A program made the position numbers and the translations under genes. 64,000 bases of DNA from the NCBI GenBank assembly GCA_963797175.1, contig CAWCOL010000009.1, positions 588,585 through 652,584 of the forward strand. Reading direction: 5' to 3'. Positions 20,515-28,030 of this stretch are shown here, piece after piece. Origin of the DNA: an uncultured Actinomycetes bacterium (GTDB taxonomy: Bacteria; Actinomycetota; Thermoleophilia; Gaiellales; JAICJC01). A model generated the notes under the pieces. The model did no database searches and was not told the DNA's origin. It worked only from the letters and a program-made list of their open reading frames with translations. Each line of letters begins with the position of its first letter. The first letter of the stretch is position 1.

Positions 20515-20553
20515 GCGCCGCCGCTCCGATCCGCTTACCGGGAACGGCGGCGC
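20515..20553 (-). terminator. hairpin 15 nt downstream of the small peptide ORF
   Basis: GCGCCGCCG (20515-20523) pairs with CGGCGGCGC (20545-20553), a 9-bp GC stem with a 21-nt loop. There is no U-tract, which is common in high-GC genomes. Confidence 0.35.
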
Positions 20554-20567
20554 GCAGCCTGACTGCA

Positions 20568-20657
20568 CTACGGTCCCCACTCCTTGCCGGCGGCGACCCA
20601 GGCCGAGGCCAGGGTGGCAATTGCGAGGACGACCGACGGGCGGATGTACCTGTACAT
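20568..20657 (-). CDS. 29-aa signal-peptide-like small ORF (candidate exported pro-peptide)
   Basis: ATG at 20657 with AAGGAGG 8 nt upstream. The peptide is MYRYIRPSVVLAIATLASAWVAAGKEWGP. G/C is at 26 of 29 third positions. It is not in the ORF track because it is shorter than 60 aa. Confidence 0.5.
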   Translation of the reverse strand: MYRYIRPSVVLAIATLASAWVAAGKEWGP

Positions 20658-20675
20658 GGAGCTCCCCTCCTTGTC

Positions 20676-20740
20676 GTTGCCTATTGGCAACATTCGCAGA
20701 ACCGGTTGCCACGTGCAAGCGTCAGTTGCCAACGGGCAAC
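20676..20740. promoter_or_regulatory. operator-like array of GTTGCC-N4-GGCAAC inverted repeats
   Basis: Perfect copies at 20676-20691 and 20725-20740, and a degenerate copy (GTTGCC-ACGT-GCAAGC) at 20705-20720. All lie within the 95-bp divergent intergenic region. Confidence 0.6.
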
Positions 20741-20752
20741 GAGTCTCGTAGG

Positions 20753-22063
20753 ATGCTGCGAGTGGGCCGGGTCAAGCCGCAGCACGTCGACGATCCCGCC
20801 GAATTCGGGCGCCGTATCCACCGTCTCCGCAAGGGGCGCGGCCTGTCGCTCCGCGAGGTCTGCTTCCCCGGCTGCTCGCCCTCGTTCCTGTCCCGGGTCG
20901 AGGCCGGCCGGCGCGTGCCGAGCGCCACGGTCGTGATCGAGCTGTCGCGGCGCCTGGCGGTGGATCCCGAGGAGCTGCTCGGAAGGCGGCTGGACGGCCG
21001 CCTCTCGGAGGCCGACCTGATGGCGGCGGAGGTCTCGGCGCGGCTGGGCGAGGAGGGCGCCGAGGAGCGTCTCGACGACCTGCTCGCGCTGGCCCGGCAG
21101 CTGCGCGACCGCAACGGCGAGAGCCGCGTGCTGGAGGCGCTCGGCCTGCTCGCGATCGACCAGCGCCACGACGCCCGGGCGGTCGAGCTGCTGGAGGCGG
21201 CGCGCGCCGCCGACGGCTCACGCGGGCCGCGCGAGCGGCCGGCGCTCTACCGCGCCCTGGGCCGAGCCTACGCCGGCGGCGGCGACCTCGGCCACGCCAT
21301 CGCGGTGCTGCAGGAGGCGTTCGACGACGCCCGCGCCGACCCGCCCGATCCCGCCCTGATCGCCCAGTTCGGTACCTACCTGGCGAACGCGTACACCGAC
21401 GCCGGGCGGTTCACCGACGCCGTCACCGTCCTGTCCGGCGTGATCAAGCACGAGCGGGAGCTCGCCCCGGGGAACGCCCTGCGGCTGGAGTGGGCGCTGG
21501 CCCGCACCTACGCCGAGGACGGCAGGCTCTCGATCGCCGAGACCTACACCCGGCGGGTGCTCGCCCGCCTGGACGCGGTCGAGGACGAGCGGCTGATCGG
21601 CCACGCCCACCTGCTGCTCGCCGGCGTGCTTCTCGACCAGCACCGGGTGGATGACGCCGTCCCCCACCTCGACCAGACCGAGACGCTGCTGAATGGCTCG
21701 GAGCCGGTCGGCGGGCTGCGGCTCTCGCTGGAGCGGGCGCGTGCAGCCCTCGAGCTGGGCGACACCGATGAGGCCGAGGAGCGCGCGCGCCAGGCGCTGC
21801 GCCGCACCGAGGCGACCGAGCCGGGCGAGGCCGGCATCGCCTACACCGTCCTCGCCCGCGTCGAGATGGAGCGGGGCGACCTCGACGATGCCCGGTTTCT
21901 GTGCCGACAGGCGATCGACCTCATGACCGGCACCACGCCCCCGCACTACCTCGCCTCCTGCTACGAGCTGCTCTCCACGATCGAGGAGCGCTCCGGCAAC
22001 CTGCAGGCGGCGATCGAGGCCCTGCGGGCGCGGCCCGCCCGCGCCGCCAACGAGCGCGACTAG
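20753..22063 (+). CDS. XRE-family HTH transcriptional regulator with large TPR-like helical repeat domain
   Basis: The N-terminal HTH is FGRRIHRLRKGRGLSLREVCFPGCSPSFLSRVEAGRRVPS. About 350 aa of Ala/Leu/Arg-rich repeats follow (..YRALGRAYAGGGDLGHAIAVLQEA..). I chose the ATG at 20753. The longer track ORF from 20453 would cross the operator array. Confidence 0.85.
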   Translation: MLRVGRVKPQHVDDPAEFGRRIHRLRKGRGLSLREVCFPGCSPSFLSRVEAGRRVPSATVVIELSRRLAVDPEELLGRRLDGRLSEADLMAAEVSARLGEEGAEERLDDLLALARQLRDRNGESRVLEALGLLAIDQRHDARAVELLEAARAADGSRGPRERPALYRALGRAYAGGGDLGHAIAVLQEAFDDARADPPDPALIAQFGTYLANAYTDAGRFTDAVTVLSGVIKHERELAPGNALRLEWALARTYAEDGRLSIAETYTRRVLARLDAVEDERLIGHAHLLLAGVLLDQHRVDDAVPHLDQTETLLNGSEPVGGLRLSLERARAALELGDTDEAEERARQALRRTEATEPGEAGIAYTVLARVEMERGDLDDARFLCRQAIDLMTGTTPPHYLASCYELLSTIEERSGNLQAAIEALRARPARAANERD

Positions 22064-22099
22064 ACGCCGCGCCCGGGCGGGACCTGGCAAGCTGCGCCG

Positions 22100-22867
22100 G
22101 TGACCGGGACGCGGATCGCACACGCCATCGCCCAGCACGGGGTCGCCGCGGGCGCGATGCTGTTCGAATTCGACACGCCGGGCGTGATGCGGATCCTGGC
22201 GGCCGCCGACGTCGACTTCGCGATCGTCGACCTCGAGCACACCGGCTGGGACGCCGGGTCGCTGCGGACGCTGTGCGCGACCGGCCGCTCCACCGGTGTG
22301 CATACGATCACCAGGGTGGTGCGGGCGCAGTACCCGCTGATCGCACCGGCGCTGGACGCCGGTTCGCGCGGCGTGATGGCCCCGATGGTCGAGTCGCGGA
22401 TCGAGGCCGAGCTGCTGGTCGAGGCCGCGAAGTACCCGCCGATCGGCCGGCGCGGGTTCGGCATGCTGTTCGGCGACGAGCTGGCGGACGGCCCCGCGGC
22501 CTACGCCGAGCGCGCCAACCGTGACAACGTCGTCGTCGCCCAGATCGAGTCGCCGGCCGGCATCGAGAACGCCGACGCGATCGTCTCCGTGCCCGGCGTG
22601 GACATCGTCTGGCTGGGCCAGTTCGACCTCTCGCTGTCGCTCGGCATACCCGGGCAGTTCGACCATCCCCGGTTCACCGAGGCGGTGGATCACCTGCTGG
22701 CGGCCTGCAGGAACCACGGCCGGCCGCTGGGCCAGCTGGTCGGCTCCGCCGCCGAGGGCGCCGAGCTGCGGCGCCGCGGCTTCCAGGTGCTGGCCTACGC
22801 CGACGTCTGGGTGTTCGAGCAGGCGCTGCGGAACGGGCTGGACGCCCTCCGCCATCCGGCACCGTGA
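22100..22867 (+). CDS. HpcH/HpaI aldolase / citrate lyase beta-like family protein
   Basis: Motifs DFAIVDLEHTGWD, MAPMVES, YPPIGRRGFG, VVVAQIESPAGIENADAI and VDIVWLGQFDLSLSLG. Confidence 0.88.
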   Translation: MTGTRIAHAIAQHGVAAGAMLFEFDTPGVMRILAAADVDFAIVDLEHTGWDAGSLRTLCATGRSTGVHTITRVVRAQYPLIAPALDAGSRGVMAPMVESRIEAELLVEAAKYPPIGRRGFGMLFGDELADGPAAYAERANRDNVVVAQIESPAGIENADAIVSVPGVDIVWLGQFDLSLSLGIPGQFDHPRFTEAVDHLLAACRNHGRPLGQLVGSAAEGAELRRRGFQVLAYADVWVFEQALRNGLDALRHPAP

Positions 22868-22917
22868 GGCCCGCCGCCGCCGGCCGACGTGCACCGGCGG
22901 CGACGGAAGGCGACGGT

Positions 22918-23214
22918 CTACGCGACCGCAGGCGCCGGGTCAGGCCGCACGATCACCGTGTCGGCCACGCGGATGATCTCGTCCACCGGCAGGTCGGCCA
23001 ACTCGGCGTGCTTGCGGATCGCCTCCGGGCTGACCGCCTCGTAGATGCAGACGGTGCCGACGGTGCCCTCGCCCTCGTCCAGCACGTAGCTGCGGATCCA
23101 TCGGACATCGTCGGGCATGTCCTCGTTGCCGACCTTCGTCGAGCGGCCGGCGGCCGCCTCAAGATCGGCGCCCGAGCGCCAGCCGCTTCGTCGCAGAATC
23201 ACGTACAACTCCAT
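22918..23214 (-). CDS. DUF4242 domain-containing protein
   Basis: 98 aa from the ATG at 23214 (MELYVILRR..VRWIRSYVLDEG..VCIYEAVSPEAIRKHAELADLPVDEI), which matches my recollection of DUF4242. Confidence 0.7.
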   Translation of the reverse strand: MELYVILRRSGWRSGADLEAAAGRSTKVGNEDMPDDVRWIRSYVLDEGEGTVGTVCIYEAVSPEAIRKHAELADLPVDEIIRVADTVIVRPDPAPAVA

Positions 23215-23332
23215 CTCGTCCTCCTTGAGGTTCGCGTTTCGACGGGACCAGCGTAGATCCCGTCTCCCACCCAGACATCGGGAGGATCGCCCATCTTGCA
23301 CCACCGCGCCGCCGATGTGAGCGCGGTGACGT

Positions 23333-24364
23333 CTACGAGGCGTCGAGGAAGTCGATCACGATCTCCTCGGTCAGCCTGCCGCCGCCCTCGTCCAGCGCCT
23401 CGCGCAGCTCGGCCACCGGCAGCGCGCCCTCCTCGTAGCCCTCGACCAGCGCCGGGTGGATGTAGGACGAACGCGCAACCGCGGCGGTGTTGCCCAGGTC
23501 GGCAGCGACGACCTTGACGGCGTCGTTGATCGTCCGCCGGATGTCGTCGCCCGCCTCCGGTTCGGCCAGCGCCAGCGCCTCGGCCGCCAGCACGGTGCCG
23601 CCGAACGTGCGGAAGTCCTTCGCGCTGAACCCTTCGCCCGCCGACTCGCGGAGGTAGTCGTTGACATCCTCCGACCCGACGTCGCGCACCTCGTCCTCGT
23701 CGTCCAGGTAGGCAAAGAGCTCCTGGCCGGGGAGCTCCTGGCAGCGCTGGACGACGCGGGCCAGCCGCCGGTCGACCACGCGCAGGTCGTGCACCTTGCC
23801 GGACTTGCCGGTGTAGTGGAACGTCACAGTCTGGCCGCGCACGCGGGCGTGCTCGTCACGGATCGTGGTCGCACCGAACGAGTCGTTCAGCCGTGCGTAC
23901 TCCGTGTTGCCGACGCGCATCAGCGTCCGGTCGAGCAGCCGCAGCACCGCCGCCAGCACCTTGTCGTGCTGCATGCCCGGCAGGGAGAGGTCGGCGTCCA
24001 CCCGCTTGCGGATGGCGGGCAGCGCGCGGCCGAACTCGGCCACCCGCGCGAACTTCAGCTCGTCCCGGGCCGCCAGCCAGTCCGGGTGGTAGCGGTACTG
24101 CTTGCGGTGGCGCGCGTCGCGGCCGGTCGCCTGGAGGTGGCCGTTGTGCAGCACGCAGATCCAGACGTCCTCCCACGCAGGCGGGACGGCGAGCGCGCGG
24201 ATCCGCTCGAGCTCCGCCTCGTCGCCGATCCGCTTGCCCTTGACGTCGCGGTACGAGAACCCCGTGCCGGCACGGCGGCGCGTGATGCCGGGCACCGCGT
24301 CGGTGACGTAGCGGAGCCCGGCCTCCCTGGCGGCCGCTCGCGGCTCCTCCACCTCGGTCGTCAT
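23333..24364 (-). CDS. DNA topoisomerase IB (poxvirus-like bacterial TopIB)
   Basis: 343 aa with GFSYRD, PPAWEDVWI, LQATGRDARHRKQYRYH, FHYTGKSGK and a C-terminal SSYIHP tyrosine motif. Confidence 0.9.
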   Translation of the reverse strand: MTTEVEEPRAAAREAGLRYVTDAVPGITRRRAGTGFSYRDVKGKRIGDEAELERIRALAVPPAWEDVWICVLHNGHLQATGRDARHRKQYRYHPDWLAARDELKFARVAEFGRALPAIRKRVDADLSLPGMQHDKVLAAVLRLLDRTLMRVGNTEYARLNDSFGATTIRDEHARVRGQTVTFHYTGKSGKVHDLRVVDRRLARVVQRCQELPGQELFAYLDDEDEVRDVGSEDVNDYLRESAGEGFSAKDFRTFGGTVLAAEALALAEPEAGDDIRRTINDAVKVVAADLGNTAAVARSSYIHPALVEGYEEGALPVAELREALDEGGGRLTEEIVIDFLDAS

Positions 24365-24395
24365 CGCCGCCTTGGGTACCCGCCGGCGGACGCGG

Positions 24396-24806
24396 TCAAC
24401 CGCCCGACTCGGCGTGCTCCGCCAGCCACGTCTTGGCGACGCGCTTCTGCGCGCGGGTCAGCCACGCCTCGGCGACCAGGTCGAGCAGCTCCACGTCGTC
24501 GAGCTGCGCCAGCTGCGGGATCCGCACCAGCACCGCCGGGTAGCCGTCGAAGTGCGGCGTCGTGAAGTAGACGCCGCGGCCGTCGGAGAGCAGCAGCTCC
24601 TTCACGCCCTCGTCGGCAACCCGGAACATCAGCACGTCGTCCATCCGCTCGCCGGTGGCCGGGTCGAGCGCGTCGGGCCGCCGGCTCCGATGGAAGCAGA
24701 ACATCTTCCCGTGCACCAGGTAGCTGGGCCGCCCGTCGCCGGACAACTCCTTCGTCGTCTGCGGCATCGCCATCGCGAGCCGGTCGAGGTCGGCCATCGT
24801 CGCCAT
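24396..24806 (-). CDS. MmcQ/YjbR family DNA-binding protein
   Basis: 136 aa with PSYLVHGKMFCFH..FTTPHFDGYPAVLVRI, as I remember this family. It sits in an operon between the DUF899 and TopIB genes. Confidence 0.7.
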   Translation of the reverse strand: MATMADLDRLAMAMPQTTKELSGDGRPSYLVHGKMFCFHRSRRPDALDPATGERMDDVLMFRVADEGVKELLLSDGRGVYFTTPHFDGYPAVLVRIPQLAQLDDVELLDLVAEAWLTRAQKRVAKTWLAEHAESGG

Positions 24807-24812
24807 GCGGAT

Positions 24813-25559
24813 CTACGTGGCGAAGTTGGGCACGGCGCCGTGCGGGTCGGCGGCCCGGCCCTTCGGCTCCTCCCACTCCTCCTGCCGGCCCAGGGCCGTC
24901 ATGTCGAGGTAGTAGTACGACCCGCCGGTCATCTCACCGCCGCGCGCGTAGACCGAGTACGTGTGGTAGATCGTGTCGCCGTCGCGCAGGAAGCAGCTCT
25001 CGCCGGGCTGCTCCATCGGCTCGTCGCCCTCCAGGTAATACCCGGTGCCGGCCGCCTCGTGCTGCGCGCGGTTGCGATAGTTGTATTCCACCGGAGCAAC
25101 AGACGAGTCGAGGGTGACGTGGAAGTCGTAGTTGAAGTCGCTCCCGAACGACGAGTACACCGGGAACGACCAGCCGCGCTCGGCCCGGTAGCGCTCGAGC
25201 TTGGCCAGCGGCGCCCGCGCGATCACGACCATGTTCGTCTCGCGCACGCGCAGGTGCTCGAACAGCCCGTCGCACAGCTCGTCGGCGCCGGCCGTGCAGC
25301 TCTTGCAGCCGCTCTCCCAGCTCGGGTCGAACATGAAGTGGCGGACGATCAGCTGGCGCCGCCCGTCGAACAGGTCGAGCAGCGTCACCTGCCCGTCCGG
25401 CCCGTCGAACAGGTATTCCTTGTCGAGCCGCACCATCGGCAGCTCGCGGCGGTGGGTGTTGAGCACGTCGCGGGCGCGGGTCATCGCCTTCTCCTCGGCC
25501 AGCAGCGCCCTGCGGGCCTCCAGCCACTCGTCTCGTGATACGACCGTAGGCAGCGCCAT
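24813..25559 (-). CDS. DUF899 domain-containing (thioredoxin-like) protein
   Basis: Motifs VSRDEWLEARRALLAEEKAMTRARD, RRQLIVRHFMFDPSWESGCKSC and WSFPVYSSFGSDFNYDFHVT. Confidence 0.85.
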   Translation of the reverse strand: MALPTVVSRDEWLEARRALLAEEKAMTRARDVLNTHRRELPMVRLDKEYLFDGPDGQVTLLDLFDGRRQLIVRHFMFDPSWESGCKSCTAGADELCDGLFEHLRVRETNMVVIARAPLAKLERYRAERGWSFPVYSSFGSDFNYDFHVTLDSSVAPVEYNYRNRAQHEAAGTGYYLEGDEPMEQPGESCFLRDGDTIYHTYSVYARGGEMTGGSYYYLDMTALGRQEEWEEPKGRAADPHGAVPNFAT

Positions 25560-25782
25560 GGTGCCTCCTCATCTCGATCGGGATCGTCAACGTATGAGAC
25601 GCAGTTCACACCGCAAAGTCATCGGTGGCCGGACGGTTTCGGCGGCGCGTGACATCGGGGCGTCCTCCGGACGGTGGCCATGAAGCGCGTCGCCGGAACG
25701 ATCCCGGGCGGCCACTCGAACCCCGTCGAGCTCCCAGAACTGGTCGGGGGAGGCCCCGACCTCGGCCCAGAAGTTCAACTTC

Positions 25783-26412
25783 GTGCACACCGAGTTCATC
25801 CAGCCGACGATCACCTGCAACGGCCCCAGGTTCAACTTGACATCGCACTGGGTCGGCCTGGACGGGTTCAACTCGAACACGGTCGAGCAGGACGGCACGT
25901 TCGCCTCGTGCGGCGGGCCCGACCACATGACGCCGCCGTACTTCGCCTGGCACGAGCTGTCCCCGGCTGCGGCGATCAACGTCTTCCCGGTCAAGCCCGG
26001 CGACGTGATCGACGCGACCGTCTCGTTCGCCCACAACAAGTTCACGCTGACAGTGAGCGACGTCAGCAGCGGCAAGAGCGCGACCACCGCCGCCTCCTGT
26101 GCCGAGTGCCAGCGCTCGTCGGCCGAGTGGATCGTCGAGCGCCCGGCGCTGCGCAACAGCGACGCCAGCCAGTGCTTCATCACCGAGATGGCCAACTTCC
26201 ACATCGCGACCTTCACCAACGCGGTCGCCCGCGTGGACGGCGGCCAGGTGAAACCCGTCTCCGGCTTCACCAACATCCCGATCGACGCGATGCAGCGCCG
26301 CAACAACGGCCGCATCGCGATCCTCGCCCAGACCGACTCGCTCTCGCCCGACGGGACGACCTTCGACGTGGTCCGGCAGCGGCACGGACGGATCGTCCCG
26401 ATCCAGCTCTAG
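25783..26412 (+). CDS. peptidase G1 (eqolisin / scytalidoglutamic peptidase) family domain, N-terminally incomplete
   Basis: It contains HWVGLDG..VEQDG (catalytic Gln region) and SAEWIVERP (catalytic Glu region). Similarity continues upstream of the first start codon (SSQNWSGEAPTSAQKFNF) to an in-frame TGA at 25681. No signal peptide is present. Confidence 0.7.
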   Translation: MHTEFIQPTITCNGPRFNLTSHWVGLDGFNSNTVEQDGTFASCGGPDHMTPPYFAWHELSPAAAINVFPVKPGDVIDATVSFAHNKFTLTVSDVSSGKSATTAASCAECQRSSAEWIVERPALRNSDASQCFITEMANFHIATFTNAVARVDGGQVKPVSGFTNIPIDAMQRRNNGRIAILAQTDSLSPDGTTFDVVRQRHGRIVPIQL

Positions 26413-26437
26413 CCGCTCGGAACGATCGACCAACGAC

Positions 26438-26464
26438 GGAGGGCCGGCAGATTGCCGGCCCTCC
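26438..26464. terminator. bidirectional terminator hairpin between convergent genes
   Basis: GGAGGGCCGGC-agatt-GCCGGCCCTCC, a perfect 11-bp stem with a 5-nt loop. It lies between stops at 26412 (+) and 26492 (-). Confidence 0.7.
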
Positions 26465-26491
26465 GCGCGTCGTACGTGGTGTCGTCGGTGC

Positions 26492-27268
26492 TTACTGTCC
26501 CTGCGACATCCGGGCATGCGCCACGGTCGGGCTGCCTGCGCCGGGCAGGGAGCCGATCGAGGAGCACATCACGGTGACGTGCACGCTGGCGCCGTCGCCG
26601 ATCCAGTCAGCGTTCGGGAAGCCGAAGTACCCACCGAACTGGACGGGGACGCCTGCGGTGACGTTCACGGCCGAGACGCGCGTGAGGTCATCGGAGTAGC
26701 CGGTGGCGTTGGGCGTGAAGTAGTGGCCGTAGAAGCCGTCGTTCACGGGGGCCGCCGCGCCCTGCTTGATGGCGATGCGGAAGAACGGGCCGAGGTCGGT
26801 GTTGGCGGAGCCGGCGATCTGCCCGCTGGCGGTGACCAGGCAGCGACCGGAGATGCCCGGGGTCCACGCGCTGGAGAGGAAGTAGTTGTCCCCGGCGGCG
26901 AGCGTGCCGTTCGCGTCCGACATCCGCAGCGCGATCAGGCGGCTGAGGTCGCTCCCATGCAGGCCGTCGACGAGGTCGGCGTTCAGGTTGTTGACCCGCG
27001 TGGCCGAGTTCACGGTCAGCGGTGACTTGCCGGACGGCACCGACAGGGTGAGCGCCGTCGCGGAGCCGCCGCCGCTGTTCTGCTGGAGCGCCAGAGCAGC
27101 TCCGTTGTTCGTCGACGTCAGCTTCGTCTGCGCCGTGGCGGAGTTGGGGAACCCGATTTTCAGCGCCTGGCCGTTGGCGGCGTAGGCAGCGCCGCCCAGC
27201 GACAGGAAGAGCGCGGCACCGGCGACGGCCATCGCCGGAGACGGAACTCGAAGGTGCTTGCGGAACAT
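26492..27268 (-). CDS. secreted hypothetical protein
   Basis: Sec signal peptide MFRKHLRVPSPAMAVAGAALFLSLGGAAYA. It is Gly/Ala/Ser/Asn-rich and contains VNNLNADLVDGLHGSDL, a motif I associate with fibre-like secreted proteins. Confidence 0.75.
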   Translation of the reverse strand: MFRKHLRVPSPAMAVAGAALFLSLGGAAYAANGQALKIGFPNSATAQTKLTSTNNGAALALQQNSGGGSATALTLSVPSGKSPLTVNSATRVNNLNADLVDGLHGSDLSRLIALRMSDANGTLAAGDNYFLSSAWTPGISGRCLVTASGQIAGSANTDLGPFFRIAIKQGAAAPVNDGFYGHYFTPNATGYSDDLTRVSAVNVTAGVPVQFGGYFGFPNADWIGDGASVHVTVMCSSIGSLPGAGSPTVAHARMSQGQ

Positions 27269-27289
27269 GGTGACTGACCCTCCTTGGCG

Positions 27290-27312
27290 GTTGCCCGGCC
27301 AGTCCGGGCAAC
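27290..27312 (-). terminator. hairpin downstream of the DUF3618 gene
   Basis: GTTGCCCGG-ccagt-CCGGGCAAC, a perfect 9-bp stem, located 60 nt after the stop at 27372. Confidence 0.5.
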
Positions 27313-27371
27313 ATCGACCCGCATGACGGCGGGTGAGGAGGATTTCTTCCGCGTGACGTTCGGAACGAGGG

Positions 27372-27626
27372 TTAGTAGCCGAAGCGGCGGGCGGCGCGGC
27401 GCCCGACGGCGCGGCCGGCCAGCAGCGTGGCGCCGGCCGCGGCCATGCAGAACGCGAACGACCCGACCCCGACCACCGCGACCGTGCGGCGGCGCTGGGC
27501 GACCTGCTCCTTCAGCAGGGCCTTCGGGTCGCGCCCGTGCATCAGCTCCTGGACGTCACGTCCGAGGCGCTCGCGTCGCCGTTCGATGTCGGCGCGGATG
27601 TCGATGTCGCCTGGTGCTTGAGCCAT
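27372..27626 (-). CDS. DUF3618 domain-containing protein
   Basis: 84 aa from the ATG at 27626 (MAQAPGDIDIRADIERRRERLGRDVQEL..) with a C-terminal TM helix. Confidence 0.7.
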   Translation of the reverse strand: MAQAPGDIDIRADIERRRERLGRDVQELMHGRDPKALLKEQVAQRRRTVAVVGVGSFAFCMAAAGATLLAGRAVGRRAARRFGY

Positions 27627-28030
27627 TCCAGATCCTCCTTGGCCGAGGCCAGCGTCCGGTCGGGGACGGGCGGGACGGCGCTGTTGATGCTGCGCTTGCC
27701 GAGCAGCGCGAGCAGCGCGGCGATCAAGAGCGCGGCGAGCGCGACGATGGCCGCTGCCAGCCAGGCCGGCATCGTCTCGGACAGGCCGAGGATGATCGCC
27801 GCAACCACGCACGCCACGGTGATCAGGGCAAACAGCACCGCGCCGGCGATCATTCCGCCGCCGGTCGCAAACTGCTTGCCCTTCGCGGCCATCTCGCGCT
27901 TCGCCATCTCGATCTCGCCGCGCACCAGCGCTGAGGCGTCCTCGGCCATGCGCGTCACCAGCTGCGCGACCGAGAGCTTCGACGACGGGCGGCCGTCCTC
28001 GGTGGGCGGGATGTCTGGCTGGACGTCCAT
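27542..28030 (-). CDS. phage holin family (Holin-X-like) membrane protein
   Basis: ATG at 28030. It contains LVTRMAEDASALVRGEIEMAKREM followed by two TM helices. The 3' end overlaps the DUF3618 gene by 85 nt in another frame, so the true stop is uncertain. Confidence 0.65.
   Translation of the reverse strand: MDVQPDIPPTEDGRPSSKLSVAQLVTRMAEDASALVRGEIEMAKREMAAKGKQFATGGGMIAGAVLFALITVACVVAAIILGLSETMPAWLAAAIVALAALLIAALLALLGKRSINSAVPPVPDRTLASAKEDLEWLKHQATSTSAPTSNGDASASDVTSRS

Noticed and set aside
20453-20752. N-terminal 100-codon extension of the XRE-TPR regulator ORF
   Set aside because: The extension would run through the palindrome array and overlap the small peptide ORF. Its composition is Arg/Pro/Cys/Thr-rich, and the HTH begins right after the ATG at 20753.
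25681-25683. The in-frame TGA upstream of the G1 peptidase domain as selenocysteine or programmed read-through
   Set aside because: No SECIS-like hairpin follows immediately, and the upstream peptide is not signal-peptide-like. A truncation or point mutation is the simpler explanation.
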